Origin: Dehalococcoidia bacterium
GTDB lineage: Bacteria; Chloroflexota; Dehalococcoidia; Lucifugimonadales; UBA1127
Length of the DNA: 64,000 nucleotides
Reading direction: 5' to 3'
NCBI GenBank assembly: GCA_965217675.1
Contig: OZ244559.1
Coordinates: 386,126-450,125 of the forward strand
In this document: positions 44,412 to 53,058 of the stretch, piece after piece
How the letters are laid out: every line of letters starts with the position of its first letter
Position numbering within the stretch: position 1 is the stretch's first letter
Made by a program: the position numbers and the translations under genes
Notes under the pieces: generated by a model
What the model was told of the DNA's origin: nothing
The model's input: the letters and a program-made list of their open reading frames with translations, nothing else
Databases searched by the model: none

Positions 44412-44667
44412 GACGCGTGCTCCTTTTATATATTGCTGGCATCCTGCACTCTTCTGGGAGTAGTCAGCTAGCAGCGCAACTGACCTTTCGACTGCTTCCC
44501 AATAGGAGGGCTGATACCCTCCGGAGAATCTAAGGCTCTTGAGAAAAGCCCTCCCGACCTCGCGAAGAAAGTGGTCAGAAACCTGCTTGGCAACAATTCA
44601 TCGGTAGGCGCCAAGGTGCTAGAGTCGTCAATGTCCTATCTAAAATGGGGCTTTGGTGGCGTCCGGG

Positions 44668-45582
44668 CTAGTGGCCGGACAGCCACTCCCTGAGTGCCCG
44701 GATATGGTCGGGTCTCGTGCCGCAGCACCCTCCAATTATCCGCGCACCCTGCTCACTCCACCCCTTGGCGTATTCCAGGTACTGCTGTGGGTCCAGGGCG
44801 TTTGCCATAGGGGTTGAGCCTTCGTGGCCGGGGAAGTGGGCGTAGGCGCCGAAGGTTCCCGACCAATTCTTCTTGACTATCTCCAGCCCGGGCCCCGTGT
44901 CGTCCACCGGCGTGTGCATTATGAATACCGATGCGATGTCCTTGTCCTTGATGGCGTCCATGGCGTCTTGAAGGTTCTCGTTTCCATGCCTGCCTTGGAT
45001 GCCCAGATAAAGCCCGTCTCCATCCCTGACCACGGAGAGCCCGACCCACACCGGGAGACCCAACTCCGCTGCCGCTTCAATCACCGCCAGCGCGTCTGAT
45101 ATCCGGACCAACATCTCGCCCACCGCCACGTCCGGGCCGCCTTTGGCCAGCTCTCCCAGCTGCTCCCGGTAGGTCACCAGAGCTTTCTCATAGGGCACCG
45201 GAACTTCCGGGTGTTCCTTGGGAGCCATAGTAGATACAGAGGCTGCGATGACCACCAAGTCCTCTGTCCCGGCGTTTCTCCTTGCCTCTACCGCCGCTTC
45301 TATTCCCAGCTTGTTAGCCTCGGCTACCTTGTACTCGAGGCCGCCCTCTTCCAGCATGTCACGCCCTGTGGCAAAGGTGTTTGTGATGATAATCTCGGCG
45401 CCCGCTTCTATGTATTCCTGATGAATATCCCTCACCAACTCGGGATGGGTGAGCATCGGACCGCCCGACCACGTGGTAGGGCTTGCCAGCCCTCGAATTT
45501 CGAACTCCGAGCCCATACCCCCGTCCATCAGGATCGTCTCCCCCGCTGCCAGGCGGCCCTGCAATTTCTCAAAGTTGCTCAT
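44668..45582 (-). CDS. Homocysteine S-methyltransferase family protein
   Basis: ILMDGGMGSEF, IITNTF, and the C-terminal zinc-site motif GGCCGTRPDHIRAL. Confidence 0.85.
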   Translation of the reverse strand: MSNFEKLQGRLAAGETILMDGGMGSEFEIRGLASPTTWSGGPMLTHPELVRDIHQEYIEAGAEIIITNTFATGRDMLEEGGLEYKVAEANKLGIEAAVEARRNAGTEDLVVIAASVSTMAPKEHPEVPVPYEKALVTYREQLGELAKGGPDVAVGEMLVRISDALAVIEAAAELGLPVWVGLSVVRDGDGLYLGIQGRHGNENLQDAMDAIKDKDIASVFIMHTPVDDTGPGLEIVKKNWSGTFGAYAHFPGHEGSTPMANALDPQQYLEYAKGWSEQGARIIGGCCGTRPDHIRALREWLSGH

Positions 45583-45692
45583 CTTTCTCTCCTGGTGAAA
45601 TCCGAATTTGCCGTTCCATCCGGGCGCCAGACATTCATCTCAGAGGCTTGGGGCGCGGGCCTGTGTAATTCCGACTCCCGGTGCGGCTGAGA

Positions 45693-45930
45693 CTCGCCAG
45701 GAAAGATCTTGACGGGGTTGAATCCCGCATCGGGCAGAAGGCTGCCCGCAGCCGCTTCGTCGCAGCCATGTCCTGCTCGGTGAATGCCCAGTGCATGTAT
45801 ATTTGCTTCTCCCCCCGATGCCGTGCTCCTCGGTAAGAGCTACCCCTGGGTCGATGTACACCCGCATCACCTCACGCCCTGCCTCGATGACCCGACCCTT
45901 CATCTGACCTGCCTCCTGGATTGGATCCAC
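45693..45930 (-). pseudogene. C-terminal relic of an FAD-linked oxidase (GlcD family), truncated and frameshifted
   Basis: Readable only across three frames: GRVIEAGREVMRVYIDPGVALTEEHGIG | EKQIYMHWAFTEQDMAATKRLRAAF | DAGFNPVKIFPGE. This matches the ..GEHGIG..K..YM...F.......M..lK.aFDP.gilNPGKIFP tail of GlcD-like enzymes. About 400 N-terminal aa are absent. Confidence 0.55.
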
Positions 45931-45952
45931 GAAAACCTAGAATCCGACCAGC

Positions 45953-46181
45953 CTATTCCTTCTTCTCCAGTATGGGAACTCCCGGGGCGCTCGGTTACCC
46001 AAAGCACAGTGGGGACGGACGGCATTGCAGTCATTACGCCAAGTTTCCACGATGCGACGAGCTGCAGGCAAGCGCGTGGACAGTGTCCGCTGAGACACTC
46101 GTTTCGGAAGCGTCAGTTGAAGCTCTCAATGAATTGGGAATCGATGAACGGCAAGCCGCCTTGGGTACCATCTACCGTCAA
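45953..46181 (-). mobile_element. Relic of an IS3-family transposase (C-terminal rve region), degraded
   Basis: Hand translation gives ..GGLPFIDSQFIESFN*RFRNECLSGH.. then, after a frameshift, ARRIVETWRNDCNAVRPHCALGNRAPREF. This matches the IS3 OrfB tail (FIESFNGRLRDECLN...A...IE.WR.DYN..RPHSALGY.TP.EF). It contains an internal TGA and a frameshift. No inverted repeats were identified. Confidence 0.6.
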
Positions 46182-46194
46182 TAATTGTCCTATC

Positions 46195-46269
46195 TGGTGG
46201 GCCCGGATGGATTCGAACCATCAACCCAACGATTATGAGTCGTTTGCTCTGCCCTTGAGCTACGGGCCC
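46195..46269 (-). tRNA. tRNA-Met (anticodon CAT), elongator type (tRNA-Ile2 not excluded)
   Basis: Cloverleaf on the reverse complement. Acceptor GGGCCCG/CGGGCCC; D arm GCTC..GAGC; anticodon stem AACGA/TCGTT with loop CTCATAA; T arm GATGG-TTCGAAT-CCATC. CCA is encoded. 75 nt. Confidence 0.9.
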
Positions 46270-46306
46270 TGGATTCGATGATAGCATAGGCACATCTTCT
46301 CGGGGG

Positions 46307-46504
46307 GTGACTTGGGTGCAGTTGGGCGACGTGGTGTTCTGGCTGGGCATAGGCATACTGGCGGGAGGGCTGCTGTGGCGGGTGAGCCTGCGCCGCGCCA
46401 GCGGGCCCGCCGCTCCGAGGTCTGTGGCGGCCGTGCCGATGGCGCTCATGCTGAGCGGTGTCGTCCTGGCTATCGCGGGCCTCGTGCTCACCGGCGCATT
46501 GTAG
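46307..46504 (+). CDS. Possible small membrane protein (65 aa, 2 TM)
   Basis: Two hydrophobic helices (VVFWLGIGILAGGLLW; MALMLSGVVLAIAGLVLTGAL). GTG start. No homology recognised. Confidence 0.35.
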   Translation: MTWVQLGDVVFWLGIGILAGGLLWRVSLRRASGPAAPRSVAAVPMALMLSGVVLAIAGLVLTGAL

Positions 46505-46660
46505 GCGTCGCCCTCCTCGCTTCGCAGCCCTGTTTATCGCTACGGACAGCGGGCTATCATGGAAGTAGAGAGAAAGCGCACATAAGGCGCGGTGAGGTCA
46601 TCGGCCGGGCACCCAACGGGCGAACCGGCCGAGTGAAGACCCCCGCGAAAGGAGGCGGTT

Positions 46661-48046
46661 ATGGCGGAAGAGTTTGATGTTGTAATCATTGGCGGCGGGG
46701 CGGCCGGGGAGAACGTGGCCGGGCGCGTGTCAGCCGGCGGGCTTACGGCGGCCGTCGTGGAGTCGGAGCTGGTTGGCGGCGAGTGCTCGTACTGGGCGTG
46801 CATGCCCAGCAAGGCGCTGCTGCGGCCGGAGGAGGCGCTGGCCGTGGCGCAGCGGGTGCCTTCGCTGCGGGGCGCGATCACCGGCGGCATCGACGTTGAG
46901 CGGGCGCTGCATGCCCGCAACGCCTTCGCCAGCAATTGGAATGACGAGGGGCAGGTGCAGTGGTTGGCGTCGGTAAACGCCGCGCTGGTGCGGGGGCACG
47001 GACGCATCACCGGCGAGCGCGCCGTGTCCGTGACGATGCCAGACGGCGAGGTGCGAGAGCTGACGGCGCGCAAGGCCGTGGTGGTGGCGACGGGCAGCTC
47101 AGCCACCATACCGCCCATCGAGGGGCTTGCGGACTCAGAGCCGTGGGATTCGCGTAAGATCGTCTCGGCGCAGGAGGTGCCGGAGCGGCTCATCATCCTG
47201 GGCGGCGGCGTCATCGGCGTGGAGATGGCGCAGGCGTGGCGCTCGCTGGGGTCCGAGGTGACGGTCGTCGAGTTGCAAGAGCGGCTGCTCCCCGTTGAGG
47301 AACCGGCGGCCGGGGAGTTCGTCGGCAAGGCCTTCGAGCGCAAGGGCATCGAAGTGCGCACGGGGCAGGGCGTCACGAAGGTGTCGCGCGACGGCGGCAC
47401 GGTGACGGCAACGCTGGCCGACGGGAGCACGGTCGAGGGCACGGAGATCGTCGTCGCCGTGGGGCGCTCGGCCAATACGCGGGACATCGGGCTGGACGTC
47501 GTGGGGCTGACGCCGGGGCGGTACCTAGACGTCGATGACGGCCTCGTTGCGACGGGGGTGCCCGGCGGGTGGCTTTACGCAGTGGGCGACGTTAACCGGC
47601 GCAGTCTGCTGACGCACATGGGCAAGTACCAGGCGCGCATCGCCGGCGACCACATCCTGGGGCTGGACGCCGCGTCGTGGGGCGACACCATAGGCAGCCC
47701 GCGCGTGGTGTTCACGGATCCGCAGGTGGCAGCGACCGGGCTGACGGAGCAGCAGGCGCGTGACAAGGGGCTGAACGTGCGCGTGGTCAAATATCCCTAC
47801 GGCGCCAGCGGCGGCGCGGCCGCCATGGGCGAGGGCATCGAGGGAGAGTGCATCTGGGTTGTGGACGAGGACCGCCGCACGCTCGTGGGGGCGACGTTCG
47901 TGGGCCCGGGCGCCGGCGAACTCATCCACGCCGCGACGATCGCAATCGTCGGCGAGGTGACGCTGGACCGGCTCTGGCATGCCGTGCCGTCCTTCCCCAC
48001 CGTCAGCGAGTTCTGGTTGCGCTTCCTGGAGATATATGGGTTGTAG
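46661..48046 (+). CDS. FAD-dependent pyridine nucleotide-disulfide oxidoreductase (dihydrolipoyl dehydrogenase / mycothione-reductase-like class I)
   Basis: VVIIGGGAAGE FAD motif, redox-active GGECSYWACMPSK, a second Rossmann motif LIILGGGVIGVE, and a C-terminal HAVPSFPTVSE dimer-interface His-Glu motif. Confidence 0.85.
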   Translation: MAEEFDVVIIGGGAAGENVAGRVSAGGLTAAVVESELVGGECSYWACMPSKALLRPEEALAVAQRVPSLRGAITGGIDVERALHARNAFASNWNDEGQVQWLASVNAALVRGHGRITGERAVSVTMPDGEVRELTARKAVVVATGSSATIPPIEGLADSEPWDSRKIVSAQEVPERLIILGGGVIGVEMAQAWRSLGSEVTVVELQERLLPVEEPAAGEFVGKAFERKGIEVRTGQGVTKVSRDGGTVTATLADGSTVEGTEIVVAVGRSANTRDIGLDVVGLTPGRYLDVDDGLVATGVPGGWLYAVGDVNRRSLLTHMGKYQARIAGDHILGLDAASWGDTIGSPRVVFTDPQVAATGLTEQQARDKGLNVRVVKYPYGASGGAAAMGEGIEGECIWVVDEDRRTLVGATFVGPGAGELIHAATIAIVGEVTLDRLWHAVPSFPTVSEFWLRFLEIYGL

Positions 48047-48352
48047 CCAGCGGTTGGGGAGGGGAAGGCAATCGCTTCCCCGTCCGATTCTCGGCGCAAT
48101 TGCTTCTTGATCTACAGAATTGCCCGTTCGCCAGAAGTGCCGGTTCGCCGTACTTGAAGAGTAGGCGGACGGGCCCTTCCTTTGGCTTCAGCCTAGTTTT
48201 CCTCCGGAGGGAGATACGCTGATGCTCTCCTACCGGGACATGCTCGCCCACAAGCTGGATTACAACTTCCAAGAAATGGATCCGTGATTACGGAACCCAA
48301 ATGCTGGACAACGCGTCTATGTATCGTATAGGAGGAACTGTTAGAGAGGAGG

Positions 48353-48381
48353 TTGACTTTTAGCTAGCGCTTTGATAGTGT
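48353..48381 (+). promoter_or_regulatory. Putative sigma-70-type promoter of SBP copy 1
   Basis: TTGACT-N17-TAGTGT. Conserved in copy 2, while the flanks are diverged. Confidence 0.35.
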
Positions 48382-48431
48382 TCCATGACCTACTGCCCAT
48401 GGGTTAGCCAACTTGTGACTAGGAGGGAGCC

Positions 48432-50270
48432 ATGAGGGCAATTCCGGTCGGTGTGAAGCCGATTGTGCTTGTTACGATGGTGATGGTGCTTGCGTTTGCT
48501 GTCGCCTGCGGCGGGAGCAGCAGCGATACCTCGACCACTGCGACAACGACCACCACCACCACGACGCAGACCCAACAGCAGCCCGCGGCCCCAGCGGCAG
48601 CTCCGACGGCCGCGGGCATCTTTGCCGCGCCGGCTCAGCCATCTGCGGCTGCGATGCCGATAGGCGAGCTTCCCACCGCTCCTTCCACAGGTCCGGTGCA
48701 AGCAAAGATCGAGCGCGTGGTCTTCGCCCTGAAGGCGCCGTCCACCGAGCACAACACCCCGGGCAAGAGTGGCCCGACCACCAACGTTCAAAACAACCCG
48801 ATGTACGAGTATCTCATCGGCATGGACCCGGTCTCAGGCTTATGGGTGCCTGAGTTGGCTACCGAGTGGAGCATCGAGCCCGACAACGCCTCCATCCGAT
48901 TCAAGCTTCGGAAGGGCGTCCCCTTCCACAAGGGATGGGGCGAGATGACCGGCAAGGACGTCAGGCACACCTGGCAGGACATCTCCGCCGACGATGCTAG
49001 CCACGGTAACAGCGGTCCCCTTCGCAGTAACGTCGAGGACGTGGAGATCGTCAACGACTACGAGGTGATTTTCCGGTCGCCTGCCCCCAACGCCGGCCTC
49101 CTCTGGATCCTGACCCGCCAGGAGCAGAGCCTCCTGGTGCAGAGCAAGGACCACTATGATGAGGTGGGCGTGCCGGACCTCACCAAGCCCGCCATCGTTG
49201 GCACCGGCGTCTACCAGGAAGTGGAGCGGCGCCAGGGCTCCTACGCCCGGTACGAGCGCCCGCCCTACACGCACTGGAAGATGACCCCGGACTTCCAGGA
49301 GTTGGAGATCCGCTTCGTCCCGGAGGCCTCCACCCGCCTCGCCAGCCTGTTGGCCGAAGAGGTCCACGTGACGGAGCTCCCGGACGACCTCAAGCCGCAG
49401 GCAGAGAGCGGCGGCATGGCCCTTTCCCCGGGCAACGCCGCTGGCCTGCGCTCCTTCATGGGCCTGCGCTACGGCGCTCGCTGCCCGTGCAGCAGCGACA
49501 CCCGAACAACCATCCCGGCCCTGGACGCGGCCTACAAGTACCCCGACGCCCCCATGCACGACATCCGCGTCCGGCGGGCCCTCAACCAGGCCATCGACCG
49601 CAACGCCATCAACGAGGCCTTCTTTGGCGGTAAGGGCGACTTGATGGTGCGCAACCACCACCACCCCACGCGCCCCGGCTGGGACCCTACTTGGGAGACG
49701 CGGTTTGAGGAGCACTACGGCTATGATCCGGTGAAGGCCAGGCAGCTCTTGGCCGAGGCCGGGTACGGCCCGGACAACCCCTTTGAGCTCAACGTTCACT
49801 TGCGCGAGTCCTTTGCCTATCCCGGCGCTCCCGACGTTGCTGAGGGCATTGCCGGTTTCTGGCGCGACGTCGGCATCAAGACAGTCTACAACAGCGAGGA
49901 CACCGCCACCTACCGGGCGCGGGGCCGCAACTTTGAATACAGCAATGACGCCATCATCAGCGGCACGAGCTCTCACATCCTGATGGGCACGCGAGTGTAC
50001 GACATTGCCGCCAACCCCAGGACCGGCGCCCCGGAGATCCCGAAGCGGGACGAGATTTACTACGAGATTGCCAGGACCTTGGATTCCGACAAGCAGAACG
50101 AGCTCTTCCGCCAGTTGGGTGAGATCTCGTTCCTCGGCTACTACGACATCCCGCTGTTCTGGCTGGCGCCGGAGGCCGCCTACAACCCCAAGTACGTCAG
50201 CGGCTACGCCTACCCCGGCTCCGTGTCGGGCACGTGGACCCACATGGAGTTCATCCGCGCCGCCCAGTAG
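48432..50270 (+). CDS. ABC transporter substrate-binding lipoprotein, family 5 (copy 1)
   Basis: Lipobox LAFAVACGGS, a Thr-rich linker, 612 aa. AGGAGGGAG RBS. Confidence 0.9.
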   Translation: MRAIPVGVKPIVLVTMVMVLAFAVACGGSSSDTSTTATTTTTTTTQTQQQPAAPAAAPTAAGIFAAPAQPSAAAMPIGELPTAPSTGPVQAKIERVVFALKAPSTEHNTPGKSGPTTNVQNNPMYEYLIGMDPVSGLWVPELATEWSIEPDNASIRFKLRKGVPFHKGWGEMTGKDVRHTWQDISADDASHGNSGPLRSNVEDVEIVNDYEVIFRSPAPNAGLLWILTRQEQSLLVQSKDHYDEVGVPDLTKPAIVGTGVYQEVERRQGSYARYERPPYTHWKMTPDFQELEIRFVPEASTRLASLLAEEVHVTELPDDLKPQAESGGMALSPGNAAGLRSFMGLRYGARCPCSSDTRTTIPALDAAYKYPDAPMHDIRVRRALNQAIDRNAINEAFFGGKGDLMVRNHHHPTRPGWDPTWETRFEEHYGYDPVKARQLLAEAGYGPDNPFELNVHLRESFAYPGAPDVAEGIAGFWRDVGIKTVYNSEDTATYRARGRNFEYSNDAIISGTSSHILMGTRVYDIAANPRTGAPEIPKRDEIYYEIARTLDSDKQNELFRQLGEISFLGYYDIPLFWLAPEAAYNPKYVSGYAYPGSVSGTWTHMEFIRAAQ

Positions 50271-50300
50271 CTGACGCTCACTGTAGATAGGGCAAAAGAA

Positions 50301-50328
50301 GCGCCCCCGCCGGCAACGGCGGGGGCGC
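50301..50328 (+). terminator. Intrinsic terminator-like hairpin after SBP copy 1
   Basis: 12-bp stem GCGCCCCCGCCG/CGGCGGGGGCGC with loop GCAA, followed by TTGGTGTT. Confidence 0.6.
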
Positions 50329-50431
50329 TTGGTGTTGCGGAGTGTCAGTGCTCGCCTTGAGCCCGTCGCAGCCCCCCCACGCTGACACGAGCCCCTTTCC
50401 CCCACGCCCCGATCCTCGCTATCTTGGACGC

Positions 50432-50767
50432 ATGGACGAACAAGAGAAAACCACCAACGCAGACCTGAAGACGGAACTCAACGCCATCCTCACCACCGTC
50501 GCAGAGGGCCGAAAGAAGCAGGGCGGCCAGCCCGACAACCAGAACGCCCGCAAGCACGGCTTTTACGCCAACGCCCTCACCCCGGAGCAGGATGAAGCCT
50601 TTGCGGAAGCCCTGGAGCTCCGCGACTTCGGACAGGAAGTCGCCCTCGTCCGCGTCAGGCTCCTCACCCTGCTCCAGGACCCGGACACCCCGCCGGAGCT
50701 CATCTCCCGCACCTTCAACCACCTCTGCAGGGTGATGGAGATCAAGCGACGGTACCGGTTCGGCTGA
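50432..50767 (+). CDS. Hypothetical protein (111 aa) in the unique spacer between the two duplicated units
   Basis: MDEQEKTT...GGQPDNQNARKHGFYANALTPEQDEAF... I have seen the G.P.N.NA.KHG.Y motif in small uncharacterised, often mobile-element-associated, proteins, but cannot name a family. Confidence 0.5.
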   Translation: MDEQEKTTNADLKTELNAILTTVAEGRKKQGGQPDNQNARKHGFYANALTPEQDEAFAEALELRDFGQEVALVRVRLLTLLQDPDTPPELISRTFNHLCRVMEIKRRYRFG

Positions 50768-51021
50768 TAAACGGGGATTCGTTCCTCATATTTTTCAATT
50801 CGAATCCCCCGCCCTTCCCGCGCCCCCTCGTCGGCGGACGGGCTCTTCTGTGGCTTCGCTTGCAGAGGTTCTTCCGGTTAGAGATTCGCTGCCGCCAACC
50901 TCAGCAACATGCTCACTCACCTGCTGGATTGGAACAGCAAGAAGATGTTGCCAATTGCCCGGAACCTAAACGCCGGCAATAGCGTCTATGTTCTTTATAG
51001 TAGGCATCCAGAGAAGGGAGG

Positions 51022-51050
51022 TTGACTTTCATCTAGCGCTTTGATAGTGT
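51022..51050 (+). promoter_or_regulatory. Putative sigma-70-type promoter of SBP copy 2
   Basis: TTGACT-N17-TAGTGT, the same as in copy 1. Confidence 0.35.
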
Positions 51051-51100
51051 TTTCGCACCTACTGCCCATAGGTTAGCCAACTTGTGACTAGGAGGGAGCC

Positions 51101-52939
51101 ATGAGGGCAATTCCGGCCGGTGTAAAGCCGATCGTGCTTGTAACGATGGTGATGGTGCTTGCGTTTGCGGTCGCCTGCGGCGGGAGCGGCAGCGAAACCT
51201 CGACCACTGCGACAACGACCACCACCACCACGACGCAGACCCAACAGCAGCCCGCGGCCCCGGCGGCAGCTCCGACGGCCGCGGGCATCTTTGCCGCGCC
51301 GGCGCAGCCCTCCGCGGCTGCGATGCCGTTAGGCGAGCTTCCCACCGCTCCTTCCACGGCTGCGGTGCAGGCAAAGATCGAGCGTGTGGTCTTCGCCATG
51401 AAGGCGCAATCTACGGAGCACAATACCCCGGGCAAGAGTGGCCCGCCCAACAACGTTCAAAACAACCCCATGTATGAATACCTCATCGGCATGGACCCGG
51501 TCTCCGGCGCATGGGTGCCTGAGTTGGCTACCGAGTGGAGCATCGAGCCCGACAACGCGTCCATCCGCTTCAAGCTTCGGAAGGGCGTCCCCTTCCACAA
51601 GGGGTGGGGCGAGATGACAGGCAAGGATGTCCGCCACACCTGGCAGGACATAACGGCGCAGGACGCTGCCCACGGCAACAGCGGAAACCTCCGCCGTGAC
51701 GTCGAGGACGTGGAGATCGTCAACGACTACGAAGTTATCTTCCGTTCTCCCTCCCCCAACGCGGGTCTTCTGTGGATCCTGACGCGGCAGGAGCAGAGTA
51801 TCCTAGTGCAGAGCAAGGACCACTATGATGAGGTGGGCGTGCCGGACCTCACCAAGCCCGCCATCGTTGGCACCGGCGTCTACCAGGAAGTGGAGCGGCG
51901 CCAGGGTTCCTACGCCCGCTACGAGCTCCCGCCCTACACGCACTGGAAGATGACCCCGGACTTCCAGGAGTTGGAGATCCGCTTCGTACCGGAGGCCTCC
52001 ACCCGCCTCGCCAGCCTGCTGGCCGAAGAGGTCCACGTGACGGAGCTCCCGGATGACCTTAAGCCGCAAGCGGAGAGCGCGGGCATGGGCCTTGCCGCGG
52101 GCAACGCCGCCGGTCTGCGTTCCTTCATGGGCCTGCGCTACGGCGCCCGCTGCCCATGCGACACTGACGGCCGCCAAACGATCCCGACTCTTGACGCGCC
52201 CTACAAGTACCCGGACGCCCCCCTCCACGACATTCGTGTCCGCCGGGCCCTCAACCAGGCCATCGACCGCAACGCCATCAACGAGGCCTTCTTTGGCGGC
52301 AAGGGTGACTTGATGGTGCGTAACCACCACCACCCCACCCGCCCCGGCTGGAACCCGAGTTGGGAGACGCGGTTTGAGGAGCACTACGGCTATGACCCGG
52401 TGGAGGCCAGGCAGCTCTTGGCCGAGGCCGGGTACGGCCCGGACAACCCCTTTGAGCTCAACGTTCACTTGCGCGAGTCCTTTGCCTATCCCGGCGCTCC
52501 CGACGTTGCTGAGGGCATTGCCGGTTTCTGGCGCGACGTCGGCATCAAGACAGTCTACAACAGCGAGGACACCGCCACCTACCGGGCGCGGGGCCGCAAC
52601 TTTGAATACAGCAATGACGCCATCATCAGCGGCACGAGCTCTCACATCCTGATGGGCACGCGAGTGTACGACATTGCCGCCAACCCCAGGACCGGCGCCC
52701 CGGAGATCCCGAAGCGGGACGAGATTTACTACGAGATTGCCAGGACCTTGGATTCCGACAAGCAGAACGAGCTCTTCCGCCAGTTGGGTGAGATCTCGTT
52801 CCTCGGCTACTACGACATCCCGCTGTTCTGGCTGGCGCCGGAGGCCGCCTACAACCCCAAGTACGTCAGCGGCTACGCCTACCCCGGCTCCGTGTCGGGC
52901 ACGTGGACCCACATGGAGTTCATCCGCGCCGCCCAGTAG
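51101..52939 (+). CDS. ABC transporter substrate-binding lipoprotein, family 5 (copy 2)
   Basis: 612 aa, collinear with copy 1. Differences are concentrated in the N-terminal 430 aa. The C-terminal ~185 aa are identical. Confidence 0.9.
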   Translation: MRAIPAGVKPIVLVTMVMVLAFAVACGGSGSETSTTATTTTTTTTQTQQQPAAPAAAPTAAGIFAAPAQPSAAAMPLGELPTAPSTAAVQAKIERVVFAMKAQSTEHNTPGKSGPPNNVQNNPMYEYLIGMDPVSGAWVPELATEWSIEPDNASIRFKLRKGVPFHKGWGEMTGKDVRHTWQDITAQDAAHGNSGNLRRDVEDVEIVNDYEVIFRSPSPNAGLLWILTRQEQSILVQSKDHYDEVGVPDLTKPAIVGTGVYQEVERRQGSYARYELPPYTHWKMTPDFQELEIRFVPEASTRLASLLAEEVHVTELPDDLKPQAESAGMGLAAGNAAGLRSFMGLRYGARCPCDTDGRQTIPTLDAPYKYPDAPLHDIRVRRALNQAIDRNAINEAFFGGKGDLMVRNHHHPTRPGWNPSWETRFEEHYGYDPVEARQLLAEAGYGPDNPFELNVHLRESFAYPGAPDVAEGIAGFWRDVGIKTVYNSEDTATYRARGRNFEYSNDAIISGTSSHILMGTRVYDIAANPRTGAPEIPKRDEIYYEIARTLDSDKQNELFRQLGEISFLGYYDIPLFWLAPEAAYNPKYVSGYAYPGSVSGTWTHMEFIRAAQ

Positions 52940-52969
52940 CTGACGCTCACTGTAGATAGGACAAAAGAA

Positions 52970-52997
52970 GCGCCCCCGCCGGCAACGGCGGGGGCGC
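52970..52997 (+). terminator. Intrinsic terminator-like hairpin after SBP copy 2
   Basis: Same hairpin as 50301-50328. Confidence 0.6.
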
Positions 52998-53058
52998 TGG
53001 GTGTTCCGGGGCTCCAGTCACCATCCATCGCCCTCAAGGCAACAGCGTGACTCGGCGA

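Larger units (their letters stand above)
48161..50338 (+). repeat. Segmental duplication, copy 1 (~2.18 kb: upstream relic sequence, promoter, SBP gene, terminator)
   Basis: Aligns by eye with 50829-53007. The 5' ~270 bp are diverged, the gene's 5' two-thirds are closely similar with scattered substitutions, and the last ~590 bp are identical. Confidence 0.85.
50829..53007 (+). repeat. Segmental duplication, copy 2
   Basis: See copy 1. The offset between copies is 2668-2669 bp. Confidence 0.85.

Noticed and set aside
48222-48345. Short ORFs in the diverged 5' parts of the duplicated units (MLSYRDMLAHKLDYNFQEMDP at 48222; MLTHLLDWNSKKMLPIARNLNAGNSVYVLYSRHPEKGG at ~50909).
   Set aside because: The two are homologous to each other but interrupted differently in the two copies. 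They are most simply relics of the 3' end of an older upstream gene carried along by the duplication, not functional genes.
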